Shown: in pieces, positions 26,336 through 39,595 of the stretch
Numbering within the stretch: position 1 is the stretch's first letter
How the letters are laid out: the number at the start of each line of letters is the position of its first letter
From: Anthoceros angustus
Taxonomy: Eukaryota; Plantae; Anthocerotophyta
DNA: 64,000 bases
Assembly (NCBI GenBank): GCA_010909165.1
Contig: VJWM01000044.1
Span: 1,860,001-1,924,000, forward strand
Direction: 5' to 3'
Made by a program: the position numbers and the translations under genes
The notes under the pieces: generated by a model
The model's input: the letters and a program-made list of their open reading frames with translations, nothing else
What the model was told of the DNA's origin: nothing
Database searches by the model: none

Positions 26336-29300
26336 TATCGAGCCCAAGTTGAAGCGCTCTTAGCTAGGACACTAGCTAGAGATGGCCCATTGTGGCCACG
26401 ACTTCCTTAGGGTTAGGAAATATGGGGTTTTGTTTTTCAGAGGTCCCAATGGTAAAATAAGGCGAAGGGAGAAATAAGCACGGATGGTGCCTGACCGCCC
26501 GAGTATTCCGGACCGAGGTAACGGATCCGCACCACCATGACAAGCTCCTGACCGCACTGCAATCTGGGATAAGTCCGGACCCCACCCGGTCAAAACAGAT
26601 AAGTACGCCAGGAAAGTAATTTAAGTCGAGTCGGAGGACAGATCAATGGAGGCTCTGCATGCAAGCAGCCAGACCGAATTGCCAGGGGCCAGGCGGTATT
26701 CACGCCCAGACCGCAAGCAGAAGGCTGCAGTACGCGCGCGTAAGGTCGCAGTAAGCCATGCACCGCGCTGACAGAAGAGGCACCTCCCGCCCAGCTACAT
26801 TTCCAACGGCGCCCGACGAGGAGGGTCATTTCTCTGCGACTGAGACACCAGCCTCACGCCCGCAACCCGCCCTCCGCTATCTTTGAACGCCAGCATCTGC
26901 TGCTCACCGCTGAGGTTGGAGCAATAATGCGGGCAAGAGGCGATCGTGCCGCCGGTCTCGCATCACCAACGAAAGGAGAAGAAGGCGATGGGACCCAAAA
27001 AGGTCATGGAGGTATGGGAGCCATGGAACCGGTAGAGCAACATTGTAACTGCGCTATCCGGACTTTTGGGCCGAGGAGGCGGAGGATTAGTCAAGAGTGG
27101 CACTTAGACGTATTCCAGTGCTATCTCGACGCTTGACAAGTTGTCACCCCGGGTCCGGAGTTCGCCGAAGATGCTGGCCAACAAGGAGGTTCGTCCAAGA
27201 ACCTCCGGAGGATCCCAGAGATGGACCTTGAGGTCCCGAGGGCGGCTTACAACCGCCCAACGGAGGAGGATGGGGGCGAGTCCCGCAGCCCTCAAGGCGA
27301 GGGAAAGATAGAGGCGCAAGAAGGGCGGCCCCGAACGCAGCGGACAACCAACGGCCGGTTGATATGACCGGATAAGGGTGAGGGCAGAGTCGATCATTGT
27401 CCATCGGAACTTCTCACCAAGGTGGATCACCTTGGTGATAATTTGCCGGTGTTCCCGCATGCCGAACGGGCAAGAGGGCGGACTGGGAAGGATCATCTTC
27501 GCCTTGTGTCCCAGAGGCCCGAAGTCGAGGAGCGAGAAGCCACTGTCGACTATCCCCATACCCGATCCATGTATGGGGACATTACACTCTCAAGGATGGG
27601 GAGGTAGAGCGGCGCCCGAAAGGGTGGCGGCCCTACTGTCAGAGGGCAAAGGCGCCTGAGGTAGAGGCCCGACCCCTAGGGCCAAACGGGTCCGGAGGAG
27701 GACGATCGAAGGGATACTGACCCATACGTCCCTGAACGGACCCTCACCACCTAGGGAAGTGTGGAAGATATCCCCGCCTCCTCTCTGGTGCCTCACCGAG
27801 CAGCCAAAGGCAGGAGACGGCCCGACAACAGCCCAAATGCACCACAACGGCAAGAGGAGCCCGAACACGCCTGGCAATCAAGAGGCGGAAGACGGTGCCA
27901 CCCGCCAACGCAAGACTCAAAGGGTGCCGGTGCTTGCCCCGCCACGAGTGGCAAGAGGTCAAGAGGCGTGAGAAGAGCGTAAAGGACGCCGCCAAGGAGC
28001 AGGGGTCACCGCAAGAACCCCACTGAGCCGTCCCCGCCGACCGGGAGAGGCAAGGCCGCCTCGAACCCCTCACCCTCCGAGCCCTGTGACGAAGAGGGCG
28101 AATAAGGAATTGGCGCCAAGAGGGCCAAGGAGGGTGAAGCTCCGACCCAATCGTGACCTAAGGGGCCCGATTAGGTCCGAGAACCCACCGACTTGCTCCG
28201 GACTGCAGGGAGGTCCTGGCGACCGTGAGATGCCCGCCTCCCACTAACTTTTGGGGTCTCACTGGGCGGCCGTGGAAGAGACACGGGGTCAAGCCACCGC
28301 CATGGACAGATGTTTTGGGGTCTCGGGATGCCGAGAAGACCTGTGAAGTAGAAGCCACCAGGAGGCGATGGTGCCCTCCGTGAGCTTGGAGGCGGCCTGT
28401 GAGGCGAGGAGGAAGGCGTAAGCTCGGCCGCATCAAGAAGGGAAACGTGGAGGCCGAAGGGAAGTCCGGGTCCATCTGACAGACCGACTAAATTCCTTCA
28501 CCTGGGTGAGCAGCAAGCAGCATGTGAGGCCCAAGCTGGCCAAGACCTCCGCAGCGGAGAGGGGTAGCGCAGCAGAGGCAGGAGGCCCGGCGCAAGGTGA
28601 GAAGGCTCGCGACCGGCCGAGGCGGCCTACCGACCAGCCAAGTCGAAGCCTGTGAAGGCGAGGAGGCGGAAGTCTAAGATCGACCGCGATCACTATCGGC
28701 GTGATCGAACCGTGGAGGGAGACGGAGGGATAGCTGCCAAGAAGGAGCAGAGGCGGCGGAGCAGGGCCACCATGCCGAGGAGAAGGAAGCCCGCGACAAG
28801 GAGATGGAGGATCTCCGCCATGTGAGGTGGAGCAACAGGTGGAGATGGAAGACCGAAGAGACTGAGTTGCAGCCCAAGTTACCATTGAGAGGAATGGTAT
28901 CAGAGGGCGTGATCACGATCACGAACGAGAAATAGAGCGGCCCACTGCTACGGAGGAGGCGGCGATGGAACAGTGACGCCGAAATGGAGAAGGACCTGGA
29001 AGCACGCAACCGGGCAGAGTTGCCCGACCGCCTGAGAGGGAGATGGCGGAGCTAAGGCCGTAATAAACGGGAGAGCGAGAGCACCGGACGCAGTAAAAGA
29101 AGCCGTCCAGTTAAGGAAGGCGGAAGGAGCGCCGCGCTATGGCGGTAAGGAGCGGAAACGACGGAGCAAAGTGAGCAACAGCGCGGGCTTGCAGGAGGTG
29201 ACCGTGGCCCTTGTGGCCTCGAGATTCGCCCGCCCCGAACGAACTGGCAGGGGGATGGTCCAAAGAAGCCGACAAAGACGCTCCCCGAGCACCAATGGCG

Positions 29301-32300
29301 AAGGAGTATCGGTGCTCCGGCACATGTGGAAGAGGCAATCCAAGAAATTGACTCGGATTTTGCCTACTACCACGCCGAGCCCTTAAGGCATTGAAGCCTC
29401 CATACACGGACGGACCCCTAAGGCTCAAGGGGATGAAGGGCATGGGACAAAGACGGGACCCTAGTGGCCCCGCTTGGAGACGACAATGGGGAGAAGAGCC
29501 TCGTGGAGGAGCAGACGCGCCAATACAACGGATCCTGTGGTAAGTCCACCGCAACCGCCGGGAGGATAGAGGCGGGGCCTGAAGGCGCGCGGAAGGAGGA
29601 GCCAACCCACCCAAGACAAGGGTCGGTGGGTAGGGATGAGGACCCAGCAGCAGAGGTCCGGCAGATAAGGGGTCCGAGCCAGACCGACCGGCAAGTTCGA
29701 CCTCGAGGTCCGAACTCGTGATGAGACCTGAGACCGGCACATCGACTCAAGGAATAAGGCAGACTCAAGTTGATCCGGAGTCGAGACCGACCCCGAGGTC
29801 CTGACTCAGAAGCAAGGAGGAGTCCCTCCGACTTACGCTGGGGAGTGATGTCGGGGCCGATGTGGTGATGTACGTCCGTCTGGGGCGGACTGTAAACGAT
29901 CTGGTATTGGAAACTCCTGTTGGATTGTGTCTTTGAGTGATTTTTGTTTTTTGTTAAGTTTGGTGTCAAGAAGAGCTAGGTTATGAGTAGGAAGGGATAT
30001 TTATAGTAGAAAGTGTCCTTGGCCTATGAGTTTTGGGGTTGTTTTGTGGGTTAAATAATAATCGGTCCTTGACTATGAACTCGATACTCCTTGGCCTTTG
30101 GTCTTGGAATATTTAATAAAAGGCCTATATATGGGGGAGGGTCCCCATATTTGGCAGAGGTCCGTAGGCTAGAGGTCGAACCAACCGGGTAGTTGAACCG
30201 TGTGTGGTGTGCGGGACTATGTTTCAAGACGGTTGGCGAACTCGGGCGGTCGTGGAAGGAAGGAGCGGTCGCGAAGAAGAAGTGGTAGCGAAGCATGGCG
30301 AGAGTTTCCGGGAAATATAACCCTAAGGGAACTCGGAAAGGCACGAGGCGCGGCGGGCAGGGTAGCTCCAGACGATCTCGACAGGTGGCACGAGCTCACG
30401 AGGTAAAGGGCGGCCCGGTGGCGGCGGGAGCTCGCGATTCTGGAAGGAAGAAACCACAGGGATTGACCAAGTTGGAGATTACGAGGCGAGTTATCAGCAA
30501 TTGAGGCGTGGGCGTGAGGGTTTTGCAGAGCATGGCGCCAAGGTTGCAGCAGAAATTTACGCCTAATGGCCAAATATGGACCATTGGAGGGTCCGAGGTG
30601 GAGGATTGGTGAGGGAGCTGGGACTTGGGATCATGGAAAACAAAGGAGAGTTTATGGGAGGATTTTCCAGATGAACGAGGAAGGAGGACCCATAAATTCA
30701 GCAGAAAGGACGAAGGGCCAGACCAAATCGGAGGGGAGTGCGGAGATAACATGGGAGTAGTGGCATCCTAGGAATAGAACTTTGGATAGGATGCCATCTT
30801 GGACCTAAGGCCGTCCGAAATTGTAGGGGCGCTCTCGCTTTTTAGGACTGGAAAGTCCGTGGCTATGACGCCCAAAGAATTGTATAAAGGGGCTTGGTTG
30901 TGCCCCTCACATCGATAACTCGGTTGAGATCCCCACGCCTGTGGCTGGTTGGAGACGTCCGATTGACAGAGGTGGTGTGCGAGACGCCTAGGGTGGTGGT
31001 CGAGAGCTTGCGCAACCGGGGAGGAGGGGTGATAGAGCAATCTTGCCGACAAAGGAGGAGGAAACCAAGGGATTGGCGGGCGGGTCCGGAGCTTGCTCGT
31101 AACGCCGCCGTGACGCCTGGGGTTCTTCTTTCCTTCACCCTTGTTCTGTAGTTGTGTTCAAATTGAGAGAGAAGTGTTGAGTGGATGGTTGGTCATGCGA
31201 ATTGAGGGAGAGAGAGAGAGAGAGAAGATTGGGTGAAGGATGAACATCATCGATGCGAGGTGTAAGAGGAGTTGAGAAGGGAACTAATTGAGAGACTAAC
31301 GGAGATTTGTGGATCCAAAAGAATCCAAACCGGTCAGTTGGTGTGCACAAGAGGAAACAGCTTCCTTGTAAAATTGTGTGAGTGTGGCGCCTTTGTGTGT
31401 GTGTGAAGCGGTGAGGGATTTGTGAACTTTGGTCCCTAGGAATCGGTGTGTGCATGAAGTGTGGAGTGAATAAAGTCCGATCTGTGCACAGATGCCGTGT
31501 GGATCCGGCGCCTGCGCGGAAATAAGTCGCTAGGGTTTGGCGTGGGACCCACCTCGGTAGTCAAGCAACTACCGTAGTGGTGAGAGCCACCGCGTTGTGG
31601 AATAAGATTTGGTCGTGGAATAAGATTTGTGGTCGTGGAATAAGATCTGTGGTTGTGGAATAAGATCTGTAGACAAGTCGGGAGGTAGTAGTAGTTGAGT
31701 AGATAGGTGAGGACTTCAACTCTCCAATTAGTCCTTCCTAAGTCAAACTTGTCGCTAAGTTTCATTCTTGAACATGCCATGCAAAGAATCATGGAGGTGA
31801 ATTTGTGTCTAGGGACACCGTGAGGTCCATATTCACCCTCAATGTGTAGGCTTAGGATTCGCCTCCCAAGTGGAATGGTTTGTGCCAAGAGACGCTAACT
31901 TCTATCGCCATCGACCTTCACCTAAGCCGTGACTTACCTCGCTATTACTCTCACCTATCTACTCAACTACTACTACCTCCCGACTTGTCTAACTACCATG
32001 ATCTTATTCCACAACTCTAATCTTATTCCACCACAAATCTTATTCCACAATCGCAAATCTTATTCCATTCCGCGTGGCTCACCACTACCGGGTAGTTGCT
32101 TCACCAGGTGGGTCCCACGCCAAACCCTACTTATTTCCACAAGACGGCGCTGGATCTCGCACTCAAGGCCTACCACCGCATGCATCGACTTTATTCGTGA
32201 CTCCACACTTCATGCACACACACACCGATTCCTAGGGACCAAAGTTCCACAAATCCCTCACCCACACACACACAAAGGGCGCCACACTCACACAATTCAA

Positions 32301-33991
32301 GGAATGCTTTCTTCAGCACACTTCCACCAACAAGACCGATTCTTTTGATCCACACAAATCTCCACCGTTAGTCTCTCAATTAGTTTCCTTCTCAACTCCT
32401 CTTACACCTCGCATCGCTGACATGTTCACTCACCCAATCTTCTCTCTCTCTCTCTCCTCACAGGCTTCCAACCATCCACTCAACACTTCTCTCAATTTCG
32501 AACACAACTAACAGTGAACAAGGGTGAAGGAAAGAAGAACCCCCAAGGCCACAGAAAAGCATGGTGCAAGCCTGCACCCACCCGCCAATCCCTTGGTTTC
32601 CTCCTCCTTGTCGAAGATTGCTCTATCACCCTCCTCCCCAGGAGCAAGCCTCGACCACCCCTAGGAGCCTCCAGACACCACCTCCGCTAATCTGGACGCT
32701 CCAACCAGCCACAGCATGGGGATCTCAACCAGAGTTATCTCATGTGAGGGGCACAACCAAGCCCCTTTATACAATTGTCCGCCATAGCCACCGCATTCTG
32801 TGTCCTAAAACGGTCAACGCCAAGAGGCGCCTACAATTTTTTGACGGCCTTAGGTCCAAGATGGCATCCTATCCAAAGTTCTATTCCTAGGATGCCACTA
32901 CCCCCGCCCATGTTATCTCCGCACCCTCCGATTTGGTCGTCTCCTTTGTCGCTGAATTTATGGGTCCTCCTTCCTTCGATCCGGAAAATCCTCCCATAAA
33001 CTCTCCACTGCTTTTTCCATGATCCCAAGTCCCGCCTCACCAATTCCACCTTAATTCCTCCAATGGTCCATATTTGGCCACAACAAATTTCGCAACCTTG
33101 GGCCATGCTCCGCAAACCTCACCGCCTACAAATTGCTGATAACTCGCCTAATCTCCAACTTGGTCAATCCTGTGGTTTCTTCCTTCCAGAATCGCGAGCC
33201 CCGCCGCCACTGTGGCTCGCCTTTATTGCTGTAGCTCGGCCCGCTGTGGATCGTCCGAGCTACCCACGCCACCAGGCCTTCCGAGTTCCCTTAGGGTTAT
33301 ATTTCCAAACTCACGACCGCCAACCGGCCACCACTTCTTCTTCCGCGACCGCCTTCCTTCCACGACCGCCTCACCTCGCCAACCGCCTTCAAACATAGTC
33401 CCCAGACACCCCAACAACACACACACACTCAACTACCGCCTGCTGGTTCGAATTCTAGCCTACTGGACCGCCAAATATGGGGACCCCCGCCCATATATAG
33501 GCCTTTTATTAAATATTCCAAGACCAAAGGCCAAGGAGTATCGAGTTCATAGTCCAAGGACCGATTATTATTTAACCCACAAAACAACCTAAAAACTCAT
33601 AGGCCAAGGACACTTTCTACTATAAATATCCCTTCCTACTCATAACCTAGCTCTTCTCGACACCAAACTTAATAAAAACAAAAATCACTCAAAGACACAA
33701 TCCAACAGGAGTTTCCAATACCAGATCAAGGCTCCTGAAAAGCTGACCGCCCCTGTGACGGACGTGTGTACATCACCTTCACATCTGGCCTCCCACCCGT
33801 AGGGCTGACTGAACGACCGTCCGCCTCCCAACAGAATTGCCTGAGGGGGACCCTCCGCTTCTCGAGTCCCGGACCTTGAGGTCCTGGCCCGACCCGAGTC
33901 CGAACTTCGGGAGTCTCGCTTTATTTCCCGAGTCCGGCCTGTCCGTCTTCATCTCGGCCCGACTGTGTCCGACGACACGGGGTCCTGCCCC
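17355..33991. repeat. Near-perfect 16.6-kb palindrome (arms ~8.3 kb, 22-nt spacer at 25685-25706)
   Basis: Mirror ORFs with identical translations (18999-19418 vs 31929-32348; 19459-19911 vs 31436-31888; coordinate sum 51347). Centre reads ACAAAATAATATGA-22 nt-TCATATTATTTTGT. Confidence 0.95.
26900..29700 (+). pseudogene. Frameshifted coding remnant with a charged coiled-coil-like region inside family D
   Basis: Peptide blocks shared between copies (MYGDITSLLKDGEV vs MYGRIPTLLKDGEV; EEKEARDKEMEDLR; ITDHEREIE..AEMEKDLGEARNLAELPDRLEREMAEL in the mirror copy). No recognisable gag/pol motif. Confidence 0.5.
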
Positions 33992-36031
33992 AGAAGCAAG
34001 GAGGAGTCTCCGACTTACTGGGGAGCAGATGATGCGGGCCCCTGGGAAGCCGATGTGGTGATGTACGTCCGTCTGGGGCGATCAGAACGATCCGGGTATT
34101 GGAAACTCGCTGGATTGTGTCTTTGAGTGATTTTTGTTTTTTTTTGTTAAGTTTGGTGTCAAGAAGAGCTAGGTTATGAGTAGGAAGGATATTTATAGTA
34201 GAAAGTGTCCTTGGCCTATGAGTTTTGGGGTTGTTTTGGGGTTAATAATAATCGGTCCTTGGACTATGAACTCGATACTCCTTGGCCTTTGGTCTTGGAA
34301 TATTTAATAAAAGGCCTATATATGGGTCCCCATATTTGGCAGGTCCGTAGGCTAGAGGTCGAACCAACCGGGCGGTAGTTGAACCGTGTGGTCGCCGATC
34401 GTGGGACTATGTTTCAAGACGGTTGGCGAACTCGGGCGGTCGTGGAAGGAAGGAGCGGTCATGAAGAAGAAGTGGTAGCGGCGGCTGGTCAGAGTTTCCG
34501 GGAAATATAACCCTAAGGGAACTCGGAAAGGCACGAGGGCGGCAGGGTAGCTCCAGACGATCTCGACAGTGGCACGAGCCTGCACGAGGTCAGAAGGGCA
34601 GCCCCGTGGCGGCGGGAGCTCGCGATTCTCGGAAGGAAGAAACCTGGGGATTGACCAAGTTGGAGATTCTGAGGCGAGTTATCGCAATGAGGCGTGGGCG
34701 TGAGGGTTTTGGAGCATGGCGCCCAAGGTTGCAGCAGAATAACGCCTAATGGCCAAATATGGACCATTGAGGGTCCGAGGTGGAGGATTGGTGAGGGAGC
34801 GGGACTTGGGATCATGGAAAACAAAGGAGAGTTTATGGGAGGATTTTCCATCAAGAACGAGGAAGGAGGACCCATAAATTCAAAAGAAGGACGAAGGGCC
34901 GCGACCAAATCGGAGGGGAGTGCGGAGATAACATGGGCGGGAGTAGTGGCATCCTAGGAATAGAACTTTGGATAGGATGCCATCTTGGACCTAAGGCCGT
35001 CCGAAATTGTAGGGGGCTCTTGCTTTTAGGACTGGAAAGTCCGGTGGCTATGACGCCCAAAGAATTGTATAAAGGGGCTTGTGCCTCACATCGATAACTC
35101 GGTTGAGATCCCCACGCCTGTGGTTGGAGACGTCCGATTGACAGGTGGTGTGCGCGAGACGCCCTAGGGGTGGTCGAGAGCTTCGCAACCGGGAGGAGGG
35201 GTGATAGAGCAATCTGACAAAGGAGGAGGAAACCAAGGGATTGGCGCGGGCGGGTCCGGAGCTTGCTCGAACGCCTGCCGGACGCCTGGGGTTCTTCTTT
35301 CCTTCACCCTTGTTCCGTAGTTGTGTTCAAATTGAGAGAGAAGTGTTGAGTGGATGGTTGGAAGTCGGGCGAATTGAGGGAGAGAGAGAGAGAGAGAAGA
35401 TTGGGTGAAGGAGTGACTAATAATCAGATGGCGAGGTGTAAGAGGAGTTGAGAAGGGAACTAATTGAGAGACTAAAGGAGATTTGTGTGGATCCAAAAGA
35501 ATCCAAACCGGTGTTGGTGGAAGTACAAGAGGAAACAGTTCCTTGTAAAATTGTGTGAGTGTGGCCTTTGTGTGTGTGTGAAGCGTGAGGGATTTGTGGA
35601 ACTTTGGTCCCTAGGAATCGGTGTGTGAAGTGTGGAGTGAATAAAGTCCGATCTCAGGTGGTAGACGCCTGCGTGGGGGATCCGCGGCGCTGCGGAAATA
35701 AGTCGCTAGGGTTTGGTGGGACCCACCTCGTAGTCAAGCAACTACCGGTAGTGGTGAGAGCCACCGGGAATAAGATGGTCGTGGAATAAGATTTGTGGTC
35801 GTGGAATAAGATGTGGTTGTGAATAAGATCCGTGGTAGTTAGACAAGTCGGAGGTAGTAGTTGAGTAGATAGGTAAGAGGAGTAATAGCAGTAAGTCCCG
35901 ACTTAGGTGAAGGTGAGCGATAGAAGTTAGCCCTGGCACAAACCATTCCCTTGGGAGCGAATCCTAAGCCTACAACGACATTGAGGGTGAATGTGGACCT
36001 CACTGTCCCTAGACACAATTCACACTCCACA

Positions 36032-39000
36032 TTTTGGCGCCGGGAATGAAATCAAGGACGAGGTAGAACTAACCATAGCCTAAGAGTCTAGCATTACTAG
36101 ATTGATAGATGGATGCCTCGGTGAGACAAGCGACTGGATCCGACTGGGGAAACGCTGCAAACGACAACGCCAAGCAGGAAAGCGAGAGTTACGAGGAGGG
36201 CGCAGGGGGAGACACACTGGACGAGGAAGAGGAGCGAGTCGACCGAATCGTGGATCTGATCCGACGATTCCCAACTCGCTACGGAAGGGTACAAGGGCCT
36301 GTGTACCCCAACCCACCGCTTTGTCTTTGATCTCGCTCCGATTGCCTCGCCCACCAAATAAACTTTGCGAGTGTAGCCACCGACGGGGTAGGCATCACCG
36401 CGCTGAAAGTACTACCACGGTAGCTATGACTACTACTCCAGTTGTTACCACTAAGCAATCTTACCCGCTGCGGAGAAGAAGGGCCATGAGGATCCCGACG
36501 AGTTTGTCGAGCTTTTGAGCATGACGCCGCCAACCGAGGAGGGATGCGCAACGTGCCCACTTTATGGAGTCTTACGCGAGCGGCGGCCAAGTGGTACAAA
36601 CGAGAGAGCATAGCTCTTCCACACCCCAACTACCTTTGGGGCCTTGAAGAGAGCTTTTGTGAAAGGTCTGAGGAGTTGATGTGGAAGGATATGTCTTGTC
36701 CAAACTCGAGGGATCTGGAGAGGGAAGAAGGAGACATCGCAGCTTATGTGGAAAGGTTCCATACCGCGGATCGTGGCCGGACCTCACTGAGTTAATGGCA
36801 ACCGCTGGTTCGCAAGAGGTCCGGGCCCGGAGATGGGAAGCACGACGCCTCCAAGCCGAGAAAGACTTGGATCGGGCGATCAAGGCCCGAACTACGAGGA
36901 GTCCAATGCGAAGAGAAAAGAAATCAAGAAGGCACGGAGACAAGAAGAAATCCAGAAGAAGAAGAAGTACTATCATCCTCCGATGACAGCCCATGGAGGA
37001 AGATAGCTCCTCACAGACTTTGATAGTTCCAGGAAGAAGAGACCAGGATAGCTCGGAGGAAGATTCACGAGATGAGCGCAAGGGAGAGAAAGAAGGAAAC
37101 GAAAATGAGTGGGAAACAAGACGCCCGAGGAAAGGAGCTGTGTATGCAAAGAAGGACGCGGAGCTGTGAGAAGAGAGGTGGAAAGCAGCCAAAAAGGTGG
37201 AGCAACAAGGAACAAGATGGAGGAAATGATGGCCAAACCGAGAAACTTCATCTCAATGCCATAAAAGACCACAGAGGAGAAGGGTTCTACGGAGCGCGAC
37301 CTCTTAACTTGTGGACAGTAGGGCACTCGAGGTCGAATCGTCCAAAACAAGTGCAACTGGCTACGAGGAAGAGGAGGAGGAGATGTGCTTGGAAGATACA
37401 TACCAAATTCAAGAGGCGACACCGATTGCACCAAGACTTTGTACCCCTCAAGTTTGCGAAAACCCCACGTGCATGGGCATTCGCAATCGATGGCAAGGAA
37501 CCCCGGCAAATGAGTGCCATTCTGTTACAATTGCCGAGGGTTCGCATCTTGCTGCAGTGCCTCCGCTCTCGCCAGGGAATGGTGATTTTGAGAGGTCGTG
37601 TGGATTGCAAGCAATGAAGCGGGCAGGTTCTCCGCCGACGCCAAAAACATGTGAGGATTGCTCAACCTCTACGGGCAACCCACCCACCCATGCAAAGAAA
37701 CTGCTACTGATGCAAGTCAAGATGCGCTCATGGTCAGATGGGAGGATTCCGAGATCGAGAGCCCGGAAGGTTTGGGGGATATGGATAGTGGGTATTATGA
37801 AGACTCCATGGTCTCGAGCGAGGAAGGAAGACACCCTAAGAAGGGGGGAAGGGGGAAGAAGAGAAAGAAGGAAGGATTGGGAGCCTCCACAACATCGGAG
37901 TGAGGAGGAAGTCGCTTCATCGGCGAGGAAGGAAAGGGGTCCAGCCACAAAATGCCAACGGGACCGGATGCAAGGGAAAAGGGAGGCATGCGAATCCGGG
38001 GGCAAGGCATGAACGCACACCCAACGCAAAATTGCGATTTTGGGGGCACGATGTAACTCCTTAGCCAACCCGCTGGATTCGAGGATGACGCGAAAAGAAG
38101 ACATGGGAGTGGAACTCAGTCGACACATCGCGAAAACCCAGGAGAGAAAGAAGGATGAGTTAGGCGCCCGCCGATGTCGAAGGAAGTCATGGAGATGATC
38201 CGAGAATCGGAACATGCACACCCACACCTCTGCCCACTACCGCCCACCCAACCCGCCATCCATCTGCTCGACGCGACACTGTGGGAGCTACCGTGCTGAA
38301 ACGGGAGTGCAGCCGAGAAGGGAGAACACAATTGAATGGCCCTTTCAATCGGAGGCCATCATGGACCAAAATTCATGATAACATTTGGACAGCCGGGACA
38401 ATCCGAGGTACCGCCAGATCCGGTGGGCATTGAAGGCAAGACAACCCAAGAAGAGGCACTTCCCAAAACAAGGCCGAGGCCCCTTGCGCGGAACATGGTG
38501 GCCATGGTGACCAAGGTCCCGCGGAGCAGATAGAAATCTCGGATGCGTTATCAAGAAAGTACCTGGATTCGGGTCCAGGGTCAACATCATGACGGAGGAC
38601 ATGGAAGTTGGGGCCGAGATAGAACACACATCCAAGGTCTGCGTCTTGCGGACATGTCCGAGGATGACACCGTGGGGAGCCGATCGAGTTCTAACCCATA
38701 TTGGTACCATTCCGCACCTTATGGACTATGTGGTCATCAAACGTAAAGCTCCCGGATATGACGCTTTGATTGGCCGGACGTGGATGTATGGGGTTGCACC
38801 TTCAAGTGGGCAAGGAAGGAAGTGGGCTTCAAACCTGACCGGGACCCCAAGGTTAAGGAAGGGAGGATATGTTTATCTTGGAGTCGATAATGACGCAGGA
38901 GAGACGCCAAAATGTATGGCTATACCTCAGAGAAGACACATTTGGGGAGGAGGATGAGAAAGAGAAGTTCCGTTTGCCCACATTTCTTGGTCGGATGAAG

Positions 39001-39595
39001 AGCGGGACTATCAAGAGACATTCCCACTCCATCACCGGTGGGTTGTTATGGAGTGACAGCTGATCGACCGGTGTGGAAGGTACTACTGCGGTAGTGGAAG
39101 GTGGAACGGCTTGTGGAAGGTGGTGGGACGGATGTGGAAGTTGCCCCGGCGAAGCGTTGTTCGCGCAGATGGAGGGGAAGCCCGCGTAATCGGAAGACGG
39201 CAAGTGATGGTGGTACGAAGAATGAGAAGGGAGATCCGGATACACCAGCCTACTTATTGAAATATTTGAGTTCTGAATCAAAGATCCCCTGGACCTTTCA
39301 AGGCAACAACAAGATGCCTCTGCATTATTCGAGTCCATTTGTCCGCCAGTAGAGATATAAGGAGGGACCGGACGGAAGAGAAAGGTTGTGGGTGGTACCG
39401 TGACTTGGACCTACCATATGACAGAATATGCACTTTCCGCAAGCTTCACCTTCGATGGATGGGGCCATATAAAGTCCTTGAAGTTTTCGCAAATGGCTCC
39501 ACACAACCCAGCTTAGAATGACCTACCAACCAGGTCAAGAGAGTCAAGAAATATTACATGAGTTGGCGAGGGCGCCAACAAATGAGAAGGGAGTA
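36032..39595 (+). pseudogene. Family B internal region: decayed gag, zinc knuckles, aspartic protease and integrase C-terminal GPY motif
   Basis: gag-like DIAAYVERFH; knuckle-like C..GHSRSN(R)P (~37310), FCYNCRG..H (~37520), CEDC..H (~37650); LDSG..VNIMTED (~38565); YDALIGRTWM; KLHLRWMGPYKVLEVFANGS (~39440). Many frameshifts. Confidence 0.75.
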
